Shown piece after piece: positions 44,001-54,560 of a stretch of DNA of 64,000 nucleotides; within the stretch, counting starts at the first letter, position 1; every line of letters starts with the position of its first letter. Both the position numbers and the translations under genes were made by a program. The DNA is from a virus: the IMG/VR virus record IMGVR_UViG_3300028569_002801, positions 1 through 64,000 of that record. The stretch is one strand, 5' to 3'. The notes under the pieces were generated by a model, which was given only the letters and a program-made list of their open reading frames with translations, ran no database searches and was not told the DNA's origin.

Positions 44001-46214
44001 TTAAAAATCTAACTTAATCGGATACTGTTGTATTCCCTGTCTTTTTTCAGGTGATTGTATCTTCGATATAACCATAAGTTCTTTATTTGCGTTGTAAAGA
44101 GCAACTTCTGTTACGTATGGTGGTGTTGAATTATTCCAAGTTGGGTTAGACGAATCAAAGAATTGTGTCTGTCCTAAATTACAAAGGAAGTTCATTACAT
44201 AGATAGTCGCTTGAATATCTATTTCTATATTACCAAAGAAATAGTATTCACCCCCAAAATTTAAAGTTAAACCTGTTTGTCCTACCTGTGGTAATTGTAT
44301 GTAATTATTTAAATCGTAAGTAGGTGCGGTATCGTACATATTTTTTGTAATCTGTATAGTAGTCCCCGTCATACCGGTTTGTGTTAAATAATTATTTACA
44401 GTTGTTGCCGATATTTGTGAATAAACATCAATTTCTTTCCATAATGTCGATGATGGTCTTGTGGTTCCGCTACCAACTTTTTGAGCCAATATTTTTATAT
44501 TATTTGCAGTAAACCCTGAAGGTAATCCTGATATATTTTCTTGTAAGAATGGGAACTCATTACCGAACCTTACTAATATGTCTGATGCTCCTGGTAGTAA
44601 ACTCTGATCATTACCCGTTATTTCAGAATAATAATTACAATGTAAGGAATTGGTAAATCCTGTGTTTTCAAACAAATATGTTAAAAACAAAGACTCACTG
44701 CTACCTGTTAATAAACCTGCGGTTCCACCTAAAACACCACTAAAGGTATTTGGTGTTACTAACCCTAATTTAGGTGCGGGTAAAGTCCAAGAACGATTAG
44801 ACTTGTAGTTTAAAGCCGCAATTATTTCATCGTCATCAAAAACAATTATTTTTAAATCAGGAAAAACTTTACCTATTCTATTTGGTTGTCCGTTAGTATT
44901 TGCGTGTGTATCCCATAAATGGTAATACCTTAAACCAGGTGCGTTAAAATTTTGATCTTTTTTAGATTTAATATAATGTAATTCAAATAAGTTTTGGTTA
45001 GTAAATCCTGAAGGATCAGTATAGAATACCTCACCTATTGTTGCGTTTGGATTTTTATGCCACATTAACCACGGAATTGATAATTTAAAATTACGAGCCT
45101 GTCCTGTATTACCTGGATTTGTTGGATCATAGTCTTCCATAGCGAATTTTTCACCGTAGAAGTTATCAATTGATTGGTTTGTGTAGTGAACAATAGCAAT
45201 AGCTTTTTGATCCACAGGGGATACCGTAATTTCCTCTAAAAATGAATTATAATAATAAACAGAATCAGTATCTAACTGACCTTCTTCACTATTGTAACCT
45301 AAATACTCTTTAGTGTTGGTATATCCCGTTGATTTAAATTGATTAAAGTCTTGGTATGTGTTACTGAATAATCCTGCGGGTGATTCAGTCCAAGGTATGT
45401 TCATATTCCAAACATAAACATTTCTTTGTGATACGTCACAGTTTGTTTCAAAATTAAAAACATCTGTCGCCCAAAAAGGTTCAGGGGTAAAGGTATCATA
45501 CATTACTGTCATACCACTAGGGTAAAAAACAATACTAGAACTTCCACTTAACCCCATAGAATTAAAATTAGGTAGGTTCCTATCTACTTCAACATTTATT
45601 GTTGTTGCTGTAGAACTATCACCTGTAACTGAAACCACCAAATATGTAAACATAGGTGTTGCAGCAGATAATGGTTGTATGTTATCAGTACTAAAAAGTG
45701 TTAAAAACATTCCCGGAGTCACCGTACCTGAAACTGAGGTGTTAATACTTGTAGCTGAAAGTGTTAAAACATTACCTGACGTGATTCCTGAATTTTGAAT
45801 TACAAAATTAGGGTTAATGGTATATGCTGATGAGGTAAAGGCACTGAAATTAATTGATGTTCCTGTTGAACCACTGAAAAACCCTCTTGGTGCCGCACTA
45901 TTATAAACACTATCAATATACGAATTATCAAAAGGAACACCAAAAGTACTTCCCGATGTTGAATCAATAAAAAGTGGATACTTAATATGCATTCTATTTT
46001 TTTGGGGTACCGGTGATAAATTTTGAGCATTGTACTGTGGCATTAATACATTATAATCAACCATATCCATGTTTGATACGCAATCATAACAAACCTCACT
46101 ATCACCTATTTGGAAATACGCAATGTCAAATTTACCTTGTGATATTTTTTTTCTTGCCGCATCAGTCATTAATGTGTTTATTAATGCTGCGGTATTTTTT
46201 ATGATGTATGACAT
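44001..46214 (-). CDS. virion structural (baseplate/tail) protein
   Basis: YFQIGDSE N-terminus, YVTEVALYN...ELMVISK C-terminus, S/T/G-rich. Confidence 0.7.
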   Translation of the reverse strand: MSYIIKNTAALINTLMTDAARKKISQGKFDIAYFQIGDSEVCYDCVSNMDMVDYNVLMPQYNAQNLSPVPQKNRMHIKYPLFIDSTSGSTFGVPFDNSYIDSVYNSAAPRGFFSGSTGTSINFSAFTSSAYTINPNFVIQNSGITSGNVLTLSATSINTSVSGTVTPGMFLTLFSTDNIQPLSAATPMFTYLVVSVTGDSSTATTINVEVDRNLPNFNSMGLSGSSSIVFYPSGMTVMYDTFTPEPFWATDVFNFETNCDVSQRNVYVWNMNIPWTESPAGLFSNTYQDFNQFKSTGYTNTKEYLGYNSEEGQLDTDSVYYYNSFLEEITVSPVDQKAIAIVHYTNQSIDNFYGEKFAMEDYDPTNPGNTGQARNFKLSIPWLMWHKNPNATIGEVFYTDPSGFTNQNLFELHYIKSKKDQNFNAPGLRYYHLWDTHANTNGQPNRIGKVFPDLKIIVFDDDEIIAALNYKSNRSWTLPAPKLGLVTPNTFSGVLGGTAGLLTGSSESLFLTYLFENTGFTNSLHCNYYSEITGNDQSLLPGASDILVRFGNEFPFLQENISGLPSGFTANNIKILAQKVGSGTTRPSSTLWKEIDVYSQISATTVNNYLTQTGMTGTTIQITKNMYDTAPTYDLNNYIQLPQVGQTGLTLNFGGEYYFFGNIEIDIQATIYVMNFLCNLGQTQFFDSSNPTWNNSTPPYVTEVALYNANKELMVISKIQSPEKRQGIQQYPIKLDF

Positions 46215-46245
46215 ATTATATAAATACTATTTTTTATATTTTTAT

Positions 46246-47847
46246 TTAACCAACTCTTATAGGTCTTGGACATATTAATCCAGTTTTTACCAATATCACT
46301 TCTTGAGGGTTAACAGAAGAGTTAACCGATTTACATAATGTAGGTGTTATTGTTATGTTTTGTATATTAACACTATCTTTTATCATTCCAAATAAATTGC
46401 AATGATCGCTTTCAACACAAGGAGTGTTTATGTATTGTACGATAGTTCCTGATATGGTCCCACTACCCGATAATTGTACAGTATAAGAAGTTGTGTAAGA
46501 ACTTAAATTTATATTACCTACTTCACACGCTGGATTAAAAGATGTTGATCCAACTGTCGATCCGGTTGTTGGTGATGATATCGTAAACCCACCTGTTTGG
46601 TTTGTTGTGATATTATTACTATAACTAATCGTAGGTGAAGTAATCGTATAAGCAGTTGTATTAACATTAAATAATAAATTCATATTAATAACGGTACCTA
46701 CAGGTAAAGGGTATGGACTAACACTTATCGACCAATTAGAGGTTTTTGTTGTTGAGTTACCTACCGTTATATTTGAACCAGGTGTTAAAATCAAACTTAC
46801 GTTATAATTTTGAAATAATTGTTGTGGTGTTAAAATCACTGTTTGACTTATAACTGTTAAATTAGAATCCTTAACATAAACAGTGTAAGTACCAGAAGAT
46901 AAACCAATAAAAGTATTAGATACTTGGTAATTTACAGAATCAATGGAATATAAATATGGTGATAATCCACCATTAGGGGTTATTGTTATAGAACCGTTAC
47001 TTGTTGTAGAACAAGTTGGGTTTGTCTTATTAACTGTCATTGTTAATGGTGGTGTTTGACAAATACCTGAGCTAACATATACAGTTGATCCATACGATAA
47101 TTGTCCGGTTAATGTCCAATTACCTGTTGGTGGTATAGTTGGTGATGCATAATATAAACCTCCCGGATATGTCCACCCACTAACGTTCCATTGTGTTGTA
47201 CCTGTATTATAATATATTGTTTGTGTATTGCTTGTCCAAGACGGATATCCATTTATTGTTGATCCTGAATTAAAATTAAATTGTGTTATATTTGTCCCTT
47301 GAGTAAGTTGTAAACACAAATCGTTTGGATATACGGGTGTCGGTGTAGGTGGTGGTAGACATTCGGTACAACCTGTAAACGGTCCATCAGATACTATTGG
47401 GAAATTACCAATATAAGTTTGTCCTGTATATAATGTTGTTCCACTGTTTGTCCAACAACCTATTTGTGTTGTTAACTGATAAACTGATCCACCACTTAAT
47501 GGGTTAACTAAATCTGCTAAATAATAAATAAAATTACCGGGAGTTTTACAATCCTCAAATGTATCGAGATAAAAACTATCATAACCAACGGTACATGTTG
47601 TTGTCGCGGTAAAATCGCCATAATAATCAACAACAGTCGCGGTATAATTACCGGGACTTAAATTAGTTAATAATGTCCCTTGTGAACCATTGTTCCAAGT
47701 AACATTATACGGAGACGTTCCTCCTGTTACAAATAACGCAATTAACCCATTGGTTGATTGAGGTGTTGACGCATTTATACTATCACACTCCAACCCCAAA
47801 GGTAAAATTGTTATGATATTACAACTATTTCCACTTAATTGTCCCAT
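46246..47847 (-). CDS. tail-associated protein with SprB repeats and PT linker
   Basis: TGGTSPYNVTWNNG...LSPGNYTATVVD; NPTC....GSITI...GG.SPYLYS...GLSSGTYTVYVKDS. Confidence 0.8.
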   Translation of the reverse strand: MGQLSGNSCNIITILPLGLECDSINASTPQSTNGLIALFVTGGTSPYNVTWNNGSQGTLLTNLSPGNYTATVVDYYGDFTATTTCTVGYDSFYLDTFEDCKTPGNFIYYLADLVNPLSGGSVYQLTTQIGCWTNSGTTLYTGQTYIGNFPIVSDGPFTGCTECLPPPTPTPVYPNDLCLQLTQGTNITQFNFNSGSTINGYPSWTSNTQTIYYNTGTTQWNVSGWTYPGGLYYASPTIPPTGNWTLTGQLSYGSTVYVSSGICQTPPLTMTVNKTNPTCSTTSNGSITITPNGGLSPYLYSIDSVNYQVSNTFIGLSSGTYTVYVKDSNLTVISQTVILTPQQLFQNYNVSLILTPGSNITVGNSTTKTSNWSISVSPYPLPVGTVINMNLLFNVNTTAYTITSPTISYSNNITTNQTGGFTISSPTTGSTVGSTSFNPACEVGNINLSSYTTSYTVQLSGSGTISGTIVQYINTPCVESDHCNLFGMIKDSVNIQNITITPTLCKSVNSSVNPQEVILVKTGLICPRPIRVG

Positions 47848-47848
47848 A

Positions 47849-49684
47849 TTAGAATGTTGAACCGCTTAATTGTTTCCATCCACTGTTATCCTTATAATAA
47901 AGGTAATTATTATCCCAAGTTATTGAACCTGGTTCACCTGTAGTGTCAACACTACTTGTTGGTGTGTATGAGGTACTAATTACAAAATTAGGTACGTAAG
48001 TTGTATCCGAATTAATGGCATTAATACCTGTTCCTCCTAATACAACGCTTCTAGATCCACTTACTGTGTTATTTCCACCCCCAATAATTGCGGACATAAA
48101 TGAATTAACAGTGTTTCCTGAACCACCAATAATTGCAGATTGTTTAACATCATCAGACGGAGATAAAAAGGTTATTTCATTTTCATATCCACCAAGTATC
48201 GCCCCACCATCAGTATCACCACTAGTTACTATATTATTCATTCCACCTAATGATACTGATAAGGGTCCGTTAGACTCATTATTATCTCCGTGTGTAAAGG
48301 ATACAATACCGTAAGAAACCGTCCCGACACCACCAGCATGTGAATTATCACCACTCGCTAATGTTCCTTTATTTTGTGAATGTGAATATTGTCCCGATGC
48401 AATTGTAAAGTCTCCTTCGGCGTGTGAGCCAATACCTATGGCATTACTTCCTGAACCTTCACTATGTGAATAATCACCATAGGATGTCGTTAAAAACCCT
48501 TCAGCATGTCCATAGATACCATATGTATACGATTGCCCTTCTGATGATGAATACAAACCAATACTATAAGAACCAGATCCTTTGGATGTTGATCCGTCAC
48601 CTATTGCCTGTGTTCTTTGTCCTGTTGCGTTTGCATTACGTCCCCCAAAAACTTGATTACCTCCCCATGATGATGGAGGATTTGTATCTGACATAATTGC
48701 TTGTGCTCCTAATGTATCGACTGATGTGTCATATAAATAAACTATAGTATTTGTACCATCAAATGTTACCGCACTAACACTAAATACAGATGACGGGTAT
48801 AATGAAGAATATGAAATATCATCAAAAAATACAAATGAAGTTGTTCCTGTCGTAAAGTTTAGTGAAACGTCACTATATGAAGAATCTAAAGTACATATCC
48901 CTGCGGTACACCCTGTTAATAAATAACCGTCATTTGATCCTGTTTTGGTTAGAGTGCCATTTGCATGTGAGTAGTTCCCATAAGTTCTACTACCGTTACC
49001 CAATGAAAATGATAATGTTCCATAAGCGTTAGAACCGTTAGTTTGTGTTTCATCCCATATTGAGATGGGTGAACATCCGTGAACGTTTCTTACATAAAAA
49101 TCAACAAAACAATTTCCTGAAGATGATCCAGGTAGATTATAGTATGTTGTTGCACTTATGGTATTTGCGGTTAAACCATTTGTAAAATTAGTCGGACCAT
49201 TAACTGTTCCTCCTGTAAATACACTACTACCACCTGTAGTTAAACCCGTTACCGTGAACGTACCTCCTTGATTATTTGTGAATGTAATCGTGTCAATACT
49301 AAACGTTCCTCCTGTAACATATGTGTCTCCTGTAATTTGTACTCCGTTAACAAAAAGGGTACTAGCGGATAGTGTATTAGCCGTTACACCATTACTAAAA
49401 ATAGTCGCACCTGGAACTGTACCACCCGTAAATACGGAACCTGAAGTGACTCCCGTTATATTTACCGTACCTCCGGTACTATTAGTGATAGTTATTGTAC
49501 CTGTACCACTATTATATGTTCCGCCGGTAATAGTCACAGAAGGGTATGCGTCAAACACTTGTTGTATTGATGCTTTATAAGATGACCCCGCAGGATCTTG
49601 TGATGTATCTCCTGTTATTACGATGTGAAGTAAATCGTCTACGGTTACTCCACTCGCTAAGGTTCTTGTTGTTAATTTTGCCAT
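47849..49684 (-). CDS. tail fibre/adhesin with YadA-head-like repeats
   Basis: SHAEG/SHSEG repeats, IxGGxxN repeats, FTGGTV repeats. Confidence 0.8.
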   Translation of the reverse strand: MAKLTTRTLASGVTVDDLLHIVITGDTSQDPAGSSYKASIQQVFDAYPSVTITGGTYNSGTGTITITNSTGGTVNITGVTSGSVFTGGTVPGATIFSNGVTANTLSASTLFVNGVQITGDTYVTGGTFSIDTITFTNNQGGTFTVTGLTTGGSSVFTGGTVNGPTNFTNGLTANTISATTYYNLPGSSSGNCFVDFYVRNVHGCSPISIWDETQTNGSNAYGTLSFSLGNGSRTYGNYSHANGTLTKTGSNDGYLLTGCTAGICTLDSSYSDVSLNFTTGTTSFVFFDDISYSSLYPSSVFSVSAVTFDGTNTIVYLYDTSVDTLGAQAIMSDTNPPSSWGGNQVFGGRNANATGQRTQAIGDGSTSKGSGSYSIGLYSSSEGQSYTYGIYGHAEGFLTTSYGDYSHSEGSGSNAIGIGSHAEGDFTIASGQYSHSQNKGTLASGDNSHAGGVGTVSYGIVSFTHGDNNESNGPLSVSLGGMNNIVTSGDTDGGAILGGYENEITFLSPSDDVKQSAIIGGSGNTVNSFMSAIIGGGNNTVSGSRSVVLGGTGINAINSDTTYVPNFVISTSYTPTSSVDTTGEPGSITWDNNYLYYKDNSGWKQLSGSTF

Positions 49685-49708
49685 TTCTTTTTTATAATAT
49701 ATATAAGT

Positions 49709-49990
49709 TTATTGAAATTCATATGGTACTCCATCCATAAATTCAAATAAATCTGAATTTTGGAATTGTTTATAGTATATTTCAGTATCACAATAAACAC
49801 ACCCGTTATCATCAATTATTTTTACAACGTAACTAGTGTATGTTTCATATATCGCGGGTAATGTAAATGTGTATGGTATTGTTGGTGTTGTGTCTATGTA
49901 TTGACAAGTACCATAACAGGTGTCACAAACCCATATATCGTATGGTGATGTTCCTGATGTTACTGAATTAATTGTTACTATTGTTGACAT
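49709..49990 (-). CDS. small Cys-containing virion protein (paralogue family)
   Basis: SGTSPYDIWVCD...C...VKIIDDNGC...FMDGVPYEFQ. Confidence 0.75.
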   Translation of the reverse strand: MSTIVTINSVTSGTSPYDIWVCDTCYGTCQYIDTTPTIPYTFTLPAIYETYTSYVVKIIDDNGCVYCDTEIYYKQFQNSDLFEFMDGVPYEFQ

Positions 49991-49994
49991 AATT

Positions 49995-51791
49995 TTAACA
50001 GTTTCCGTTTGGTGTGCATCTGAATGTTAACTTACCGTTACCGTCAACCTCAAATATTTGTGATATTGCATTACCACTTTGGTTGATAGGTACTTTTATG
50101 TATGTTAAACTCAAAGGTATTGTTAATGAACTATCTTCGTAAGCATATACTCCTGTTTGTATTGTATTCACATTAAATGATGTGAAGAAATTACCCACGA
50201 CACCAAAATTAGTGAGTTCACAAATAGGACAAGAGAGTGAAAATTCTCCTGATGCTCTCCATTCTTTATATTTTGGGGTCGGTGTTGGTTCAGGAGCTAA
50301 ACATTCTAAACAAGTAACATATGTTGTTGCAGTAGTCGCAGTAAAAGTATCTTGTGTTACTGATATAAATCCTGATGGTGGTGTATAACCCACATAGTTA
50401 CCGATATAATTATAACAATCCCCTGTGGTTTTTAAGATATCACCAATCAATACGTTTATCGGTGGATATGCGTTTTGTATAATCATGGTATTATTAGTAC
50501 AAGACGTGAATATAAATTGTGTTCCCATAGGGTATGATATTGGTATTGGTAACGCACATTCGGTATCGTCCGTACAAGTATTTCCCGATAATATCGTAGT
50601 TGTTCCTGTTACACAAGTAAATGATACGGTATTCTCTTGAGCACAAATACCAAAACTTGTATTACCCGTTATTATTAATGTTTCAGAGTTTCCTGAACAA
50701 CCAACCCAATTTACAGTACAACCACTTTCACTTGTTACCGTATAACAATAACATTGTGGAGTTGGTGTAGGTGTTGGTGTAGGTGTCGGCGTTACACAAA
50801 CCGAACAATCTGAATAAACGTCTAATACTTGTATTAAGTTTCTATTTGAAGATGCGGTTGTTTTACCGATATACGTTACACACTGTATTTGATTTGACGC
50901 ACTTCCGTATAAAAGTGCTAAGAATGTAGTTCCCGTACTAACAACAGACCCTGAATATGTTATTGGTTCTGTAATATAATAATGTTCACCCGTATCACAG
51001 TCCAATAAGTCTTTAACTGACGAACAAACAAAATCTCCGCTATCAACAACAAATGTTACTGTATCCGCCGATGGTGTTACAGGGCAATATGATGGTGTTG
51101 GTGTCGGAGTTGGTGTCGGAGTTGGTGTTGTCCCTGAAGTGGATATCGTTATTGTGGCAGTAAACGCACTACATATATCTGGTGTTGGTGTGGGAGTCGG
51201 TGTAGGTGTAGGGGTGGGGGTTGGTGTCAGAGTAGGTGTCGGGGTTGGAATATCACATTCTAACAATACGTCAAAATCTAAATCTGAACACGGATCTGTA
51301 GGAATTGGTGTTATTGAACATATTCCTTCGTACATTATGGTACTATCTAAATCGGGACATCCGTATGTTGTTGGGTTCTGCCCAAAAAAATCACAGGTTC
51401 CACCTAATGAATTACTTAAACACCAATTTGTTCCGTTAAAAAATATGTATCTCGGATTAGTTCCTCCTGTCCAATAATAATCCCCGCCATAATTACCTTC
51501 TAATGTATATGTGCCGTTATACCCACTATATGAACTAATAGGTATTGATAAGCAATAGTTATTTTGACAATACCCACTACAAAGTGAGTCATTACAGTCA
51601 GTAACCAAAGTAGCAACACCATCGATTGTAACGGTACTATTTACCAATGACCCAATAGTATAACAACCATCAGGTATATTTGTGTCACCCGTAATATTAA
51701 AGACTAAACCGAGCGTTGTCGAATAACTCCACCCACTTACACTAAAGTTTACACTACTATTTAAACAACTTTCTATGTTAACTAATGCCAT
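49995..51791 (-). CDS. Cys-rich virion protein with multiple (PT)n mucin-like linkers
   Basis: Three long and one short PTPTP tracts between Cys-rich modules. Confidence 0.8.
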   Translation of the reverse strand: MALVNIESCLNSSVNFSVSGWSYSTTLGLVFNITGDTNIPDGCYTIGSLVNSTVTIDGVATLVTDCNDSLCSGYCQNNYCLSIPISSYSGYNGTYTLEGNYGGDYYWTGGTNPRYIFFNGTNWCLSNSLGGTCDFFGQNPTTYGCPDLDSTIMYEGICSITPIPTDPCSDLDFDVLLECDIPTPTPTLTPTPTPTPTPTPTPTPDICSAFTATITISTSGTTPTPTPTPTPTPSYCPVTPSADTVTFVVDSGDFVCSSVKDLLDCDTGEHYYITEPITYSGSVVSTGTTFLALLYGSASNQIQCVTYIGKTTASSNRNLIQVLDVYSDCSVCVTPTPTPTPTPTPQCYCYTVTSESGCTVNWVGCSGNSETLIITGNTSFGICAQENTVSFTCVTGTTTILSGNTCTDDTECALPIPISYPMGTQFIFTSCTNNTMIIQNAYPPINVLIGDILKTTGDCYNYIGNYVGYTPPSGFISVTQDTFTATTATTYVTCLECLAPEPTPTPKYKEWRASGEFSLSCPICELTNFGVVGNFFTSFNVNTIQTGVYAYEDSSLTIPLSLTYIKVPINQSGNAISQIFEVDGNGKLTFRCTPNGNC

Positions 51792-51854
51792 TGAATTATT
51801 ACTTTATTATATAAATAATCAAAAGTTTATTTTATTGATGGTTTGTTTTTAAAA

Positions 51855-53051
51855 TTATAAACTAAAGTCAATTCTGTTTACCCAATTACCTTCATTATCG
51901 TTTACCCAATACACCCATTTAACAGGGGTTTCTGTCGTTTTTAGTTTAACGTTTAAATATTCCTGATAACTGTACATGTCTTGTCTATGTAATACATTAC
52001 CTAACTCATTTTCAATTCCTATATATATAAATTTAAAATTTTCAGTATAAGGTATGTAAAGTTTGAACTCATATTCAATTTCCTTTAATTCGTACCAATC
52101 TGTATTATCGTTCACCGGTGGGTTTGTTCCTTTTATGGTTTCGGGATGTAACTTTTTATTTTTAAAGTTTATTCCCGCATAATTTTCATATTGTGTGTGT
52201 GTTCTAACGTCACCTAACCCATAAACCCCTAAAGCTATATTGTTATCCTCTTCTTGTAACATATGTCTTAATCTACGTTTAGAGTCGTTATCCATTTCCC
52301 ACCATTGTTTTTCAACAATACCATTATTTTTATTTTCTTGATTAAAGTCTGTCCAATGTTTTGTTCTACCTTCTCTTGTGTATTCATGCCAAACCACAGT
52401 CTTATGTGGGTGAAATAAATCGTAACCTAACGTATATGAACGAATAGATAAACTAATTTCATCACCAGCAAAATAGATATTAGGGTCATACTTATATTCT
52501 TCACAATGTTTTCCGATTGTAAAAAAGAAATGTCCACTAACAAATCTTGCGGGGATTGGTTTATCTAATGTTTGCCAATTTGGTATTGCGTGTGGTCTAA
52601 AAAGGATTGTTCCTCCCGGTGTGAAGTTAGACGCGACCATCATATATGGTTCAACATTTAATAATTGGTTATCTGATGGTCGGTACATTCCGGCATATGA
52701 TGTGATGATTGGTTTTTTTGAACCTGTTATATTCATCATTTCAATCAATTCCACATCCCAATCTTGTAAAAATCTATGATGTGAATCTAATTGTATGGTG
52801 TATTCTTCACCGTCCCATAATTTTTGAATTTCAGAACGAGCCCAACAAAGCCCTTTACTTTCACTCCAATGATAATCTAATATTTTAAATCTTTCATCAT
52901 TTGTGAATTCTTCCATCGATTCAGTTTCATCACGTTGCCAACAAATTCCAAATGTTAAATTTTCAGGGTGTTTTGCTTTATTAATACAATCCCTAATGGT
53001 TGGTAATAACTCAGGATCTCTATAAGATGCGATTTGTACAAATATTTTCAT
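51855..53051 (-). CDS. GT60 / Pfam GlcNAc-family polypeptide GlcNAc transferase
   Basis: IFVQIASYRDPEL..TI....AKHP..L..GICWQ, SKGLCWAR, QLDSHHRF...WD, F.GDEISLSIRSYT.GYDLF.P...VVWHEY. Confidence 0.85.
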   Translation of the reverse strand: MKIFVQIASYRDPELLPTIRDCINKAKHPENLTFGICWQRDETESMEEFTNDERFKILDYHWSESKGLCWARSEIQKLWDGEEYTIQLDSHHRFLQDWDVELIEMMNITGSKKPIITSYAGMYRPSDNQLLNVEPYMMVASNFTPGGTILFRPHAIPNWQTLDKPIPARFVSGHFFFTIGKHCEEYKYDPNIYFAGDEISLSIRSYTLGYDLFHPHKTVVWHEYTREGRTKHWTDFNQENKNNGIVEKQWWEMDNDSKRRLRHMLQEEDNNIALGVYGLGDVRTHTQYENYAGINFKNKKLHPETIKGTNPPVNDNTDWYELKEIEYEFKLYIPYTENFKFIYIGIENELGNVLHRQDMYSYQEYLNVKLKTTETPVKWVYWVNDNEGNWVNRIDFSL

Positions 53052-53091
53052 ACAAATAAATTAGTTTTTTTTTCTTTTTTGTAAATCTTTA

Positions 53092-53667
53092 TTAACTTGA
53101 AGTGTACTTAATCTTCATTCCTAAAACATAAAGATTAGTATCATTTTGAAAAACACTTAAACCAAAAACATTATTTGATGTTATTCCAGACATATAAGGT
53201 AAAACATCCAATGATGTGAATTTATTGATATTATAACTATATGTCTGTCCTGTCGTTATTGTTGTGGCACTATAAAACGAATTTACGGGTCCGTATTGTA
53301 CGTTTATATCAGTAGAAACATTACCACTAAATGTTGGTATTGTTACCACTTCAGCGGATATCATAGAAGATAAATCGTTTGGAATTAATCCATTTATATA
53401 AACAGGGTCGGTACCTGCATTACAGGTACCAGCATAAAAGTTACCAATATAAGTAGGATTTGTTTCTGAACCTTTAAAGAAAATCTCTTTTATTTGATTA
53501 GTATTACCACTAAATATAGTACTTAATTGTTGTAACTCAACTTTATATGATGACCCGTAAAGGCTTTGTGACGTATCTGCAGTTGTTACAATATGTATAA
53601 TTGTAGTCGGAGTAATCGCCGATGATTGAGCTAATGTTCTATCTGTTAATAATTGGTATGTTGGCAT
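53092..53667 (-). CDS. virion protein sharing its N-terminal domain with the 47849-49684 fibre
   Basis: LTDRTLA...IHIVTTADTSQ...GSSYK vs LTTRTLA...LHIVITGDTSQ...GSSYK. Confidence 0.75.
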   Translation of the reverse strand: MPTYQLLTDRTLAQSSAITPTTIIHIVTTADTSQSLYGSSYKVELQQLSTIFSGNTNQIKEIFFKGSETNPTYIGNFYAGTCNAGTDPVYINGLIPNDLSSMISAEVVTIPTFSGNVSTDINVQYGPVNSFYSATTITTGQTYSYNINKFTSLDVLPYMSGITSNNVFGLSVFQNDTNLYVLGMKIKYTSS

Positions 53668-53688
53668 AGTTTATTTAATAAATATTAT

Positions 53689-53976
53689 TTATTGGAAAAT
53701 ATAACCTACTCCGTCCATAAAATTAAAATATATATCATTTTGAAACGCCTTTTGGACCTCACAATTAATAACTGTCGAGTACACACATCCATTTGTATCA
53801 ACAATTCTTAAATAAAGGTAATTTTCGTTTGGAAAAAAGTCATCAGTATCAAATATAATATTTGGTGGTATAAAGGTACTCCCTGAAACAAAAAAACAAG
53901 ACGTGTTAGTTGAGTCACATATAAAAATATCATATGGTGGTTGTCCGCTCGTTACTCCTGTTATTTCTACGTTCAT
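53689..53976 (-). CDS. small virion protein, paralogue of 49709-49990
   Basis: SGQPPYDIFICD...C...LRIVDTNGC...FMDGVGYIFQ. Confidence 0.75.
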   Translation of the reverse strand: MNVEITGVTSGQPPYDIFICDSTNTSCFFVSGSTFIPPNIIFDTDDFFPNENYLYLRIVDTNGCVYSTVINCEVQKAFQNDIYFNFMDGVGYIFQ

Positions 53977-53990
53977 ATATTATAAATACT

Positions 53991-54560
53991 TTAAGGGCAA
54001 GAAGGTAAATCGGTTACCACACCGGCAGTAACTTCTGCGATTGCATTATATGTTGGTGAACCACCTATTTTAACTAAAAAGTATCCTGTTAATAATGTTG
54101 GTGAACACCCAACATTATTAGAATATAAAATAGAACCGATTTGAGGTTCACTTTCATCAAGATACGCCAAAAAAGCCGCATTAACGGCACAAGTACCACC
54201 TGTAACACAATTAAATGCGGTACAGGCACTTAAAAATGAAGTATAAAAGTATCCCGTAATATTAGTTGAACTACCAAAAGGTGTGTAGTATGGATGTACT
54301 GTGCTTGGACCACAAGTTGGTGTCGGAGTTGGTGTAGGGGTTGGGGGTGGGTCATAACAAGAAACTAATTCAAAGTATTCACATCCTGTTGAATCAATAG
54401 TTTTAACCATTAATGTATTCGCACTTGAATAGAAGGAATTAAGTGTATATGTCCCTCCTGTTGTACTTGTTAAATAACAGTTATTTCCATATTCATCACA
54501 TAGGTAAACACTCAATGGTGGTGTTCCCCCTGTTGTTCCTGATATCGTAATAACACTCAT
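53991..54560 (-). CDS. virion protein with the same N-terminal module plus a PT linker
   Basis: GGTPPLSVYLCD...VKTIDSTGC; PPPTPTPTPTPT. Confidence 0.75.
   Translation of the reverse strand: MSVITISGTTGGTPPLSVYLCDEYGNNCYLTSTTGGTYTLNSFYSSANTLMVKTIDSTGCEYFELVSCYDPPPTPTPTPTPTCGPSTVHPYYTPFGSSTNITGYFYTSFLSACTAFNCVTGGTCAVNAAFLAYLDESEPQIGSILYSNNVGCSPTLLTGYFLVKIGGSPTYNAIAEVTAGVVTDLPSCP

Noticed and set aside
50755-51250. GGTGTT/GGTGTA/GGAGTT tandem repeats as CRISPR or DGR-type repeats
   Set aside because: They are synonymous-variable codons of (Pro-Thr)n linkers; no spacers and no reverse transcriptase in the window
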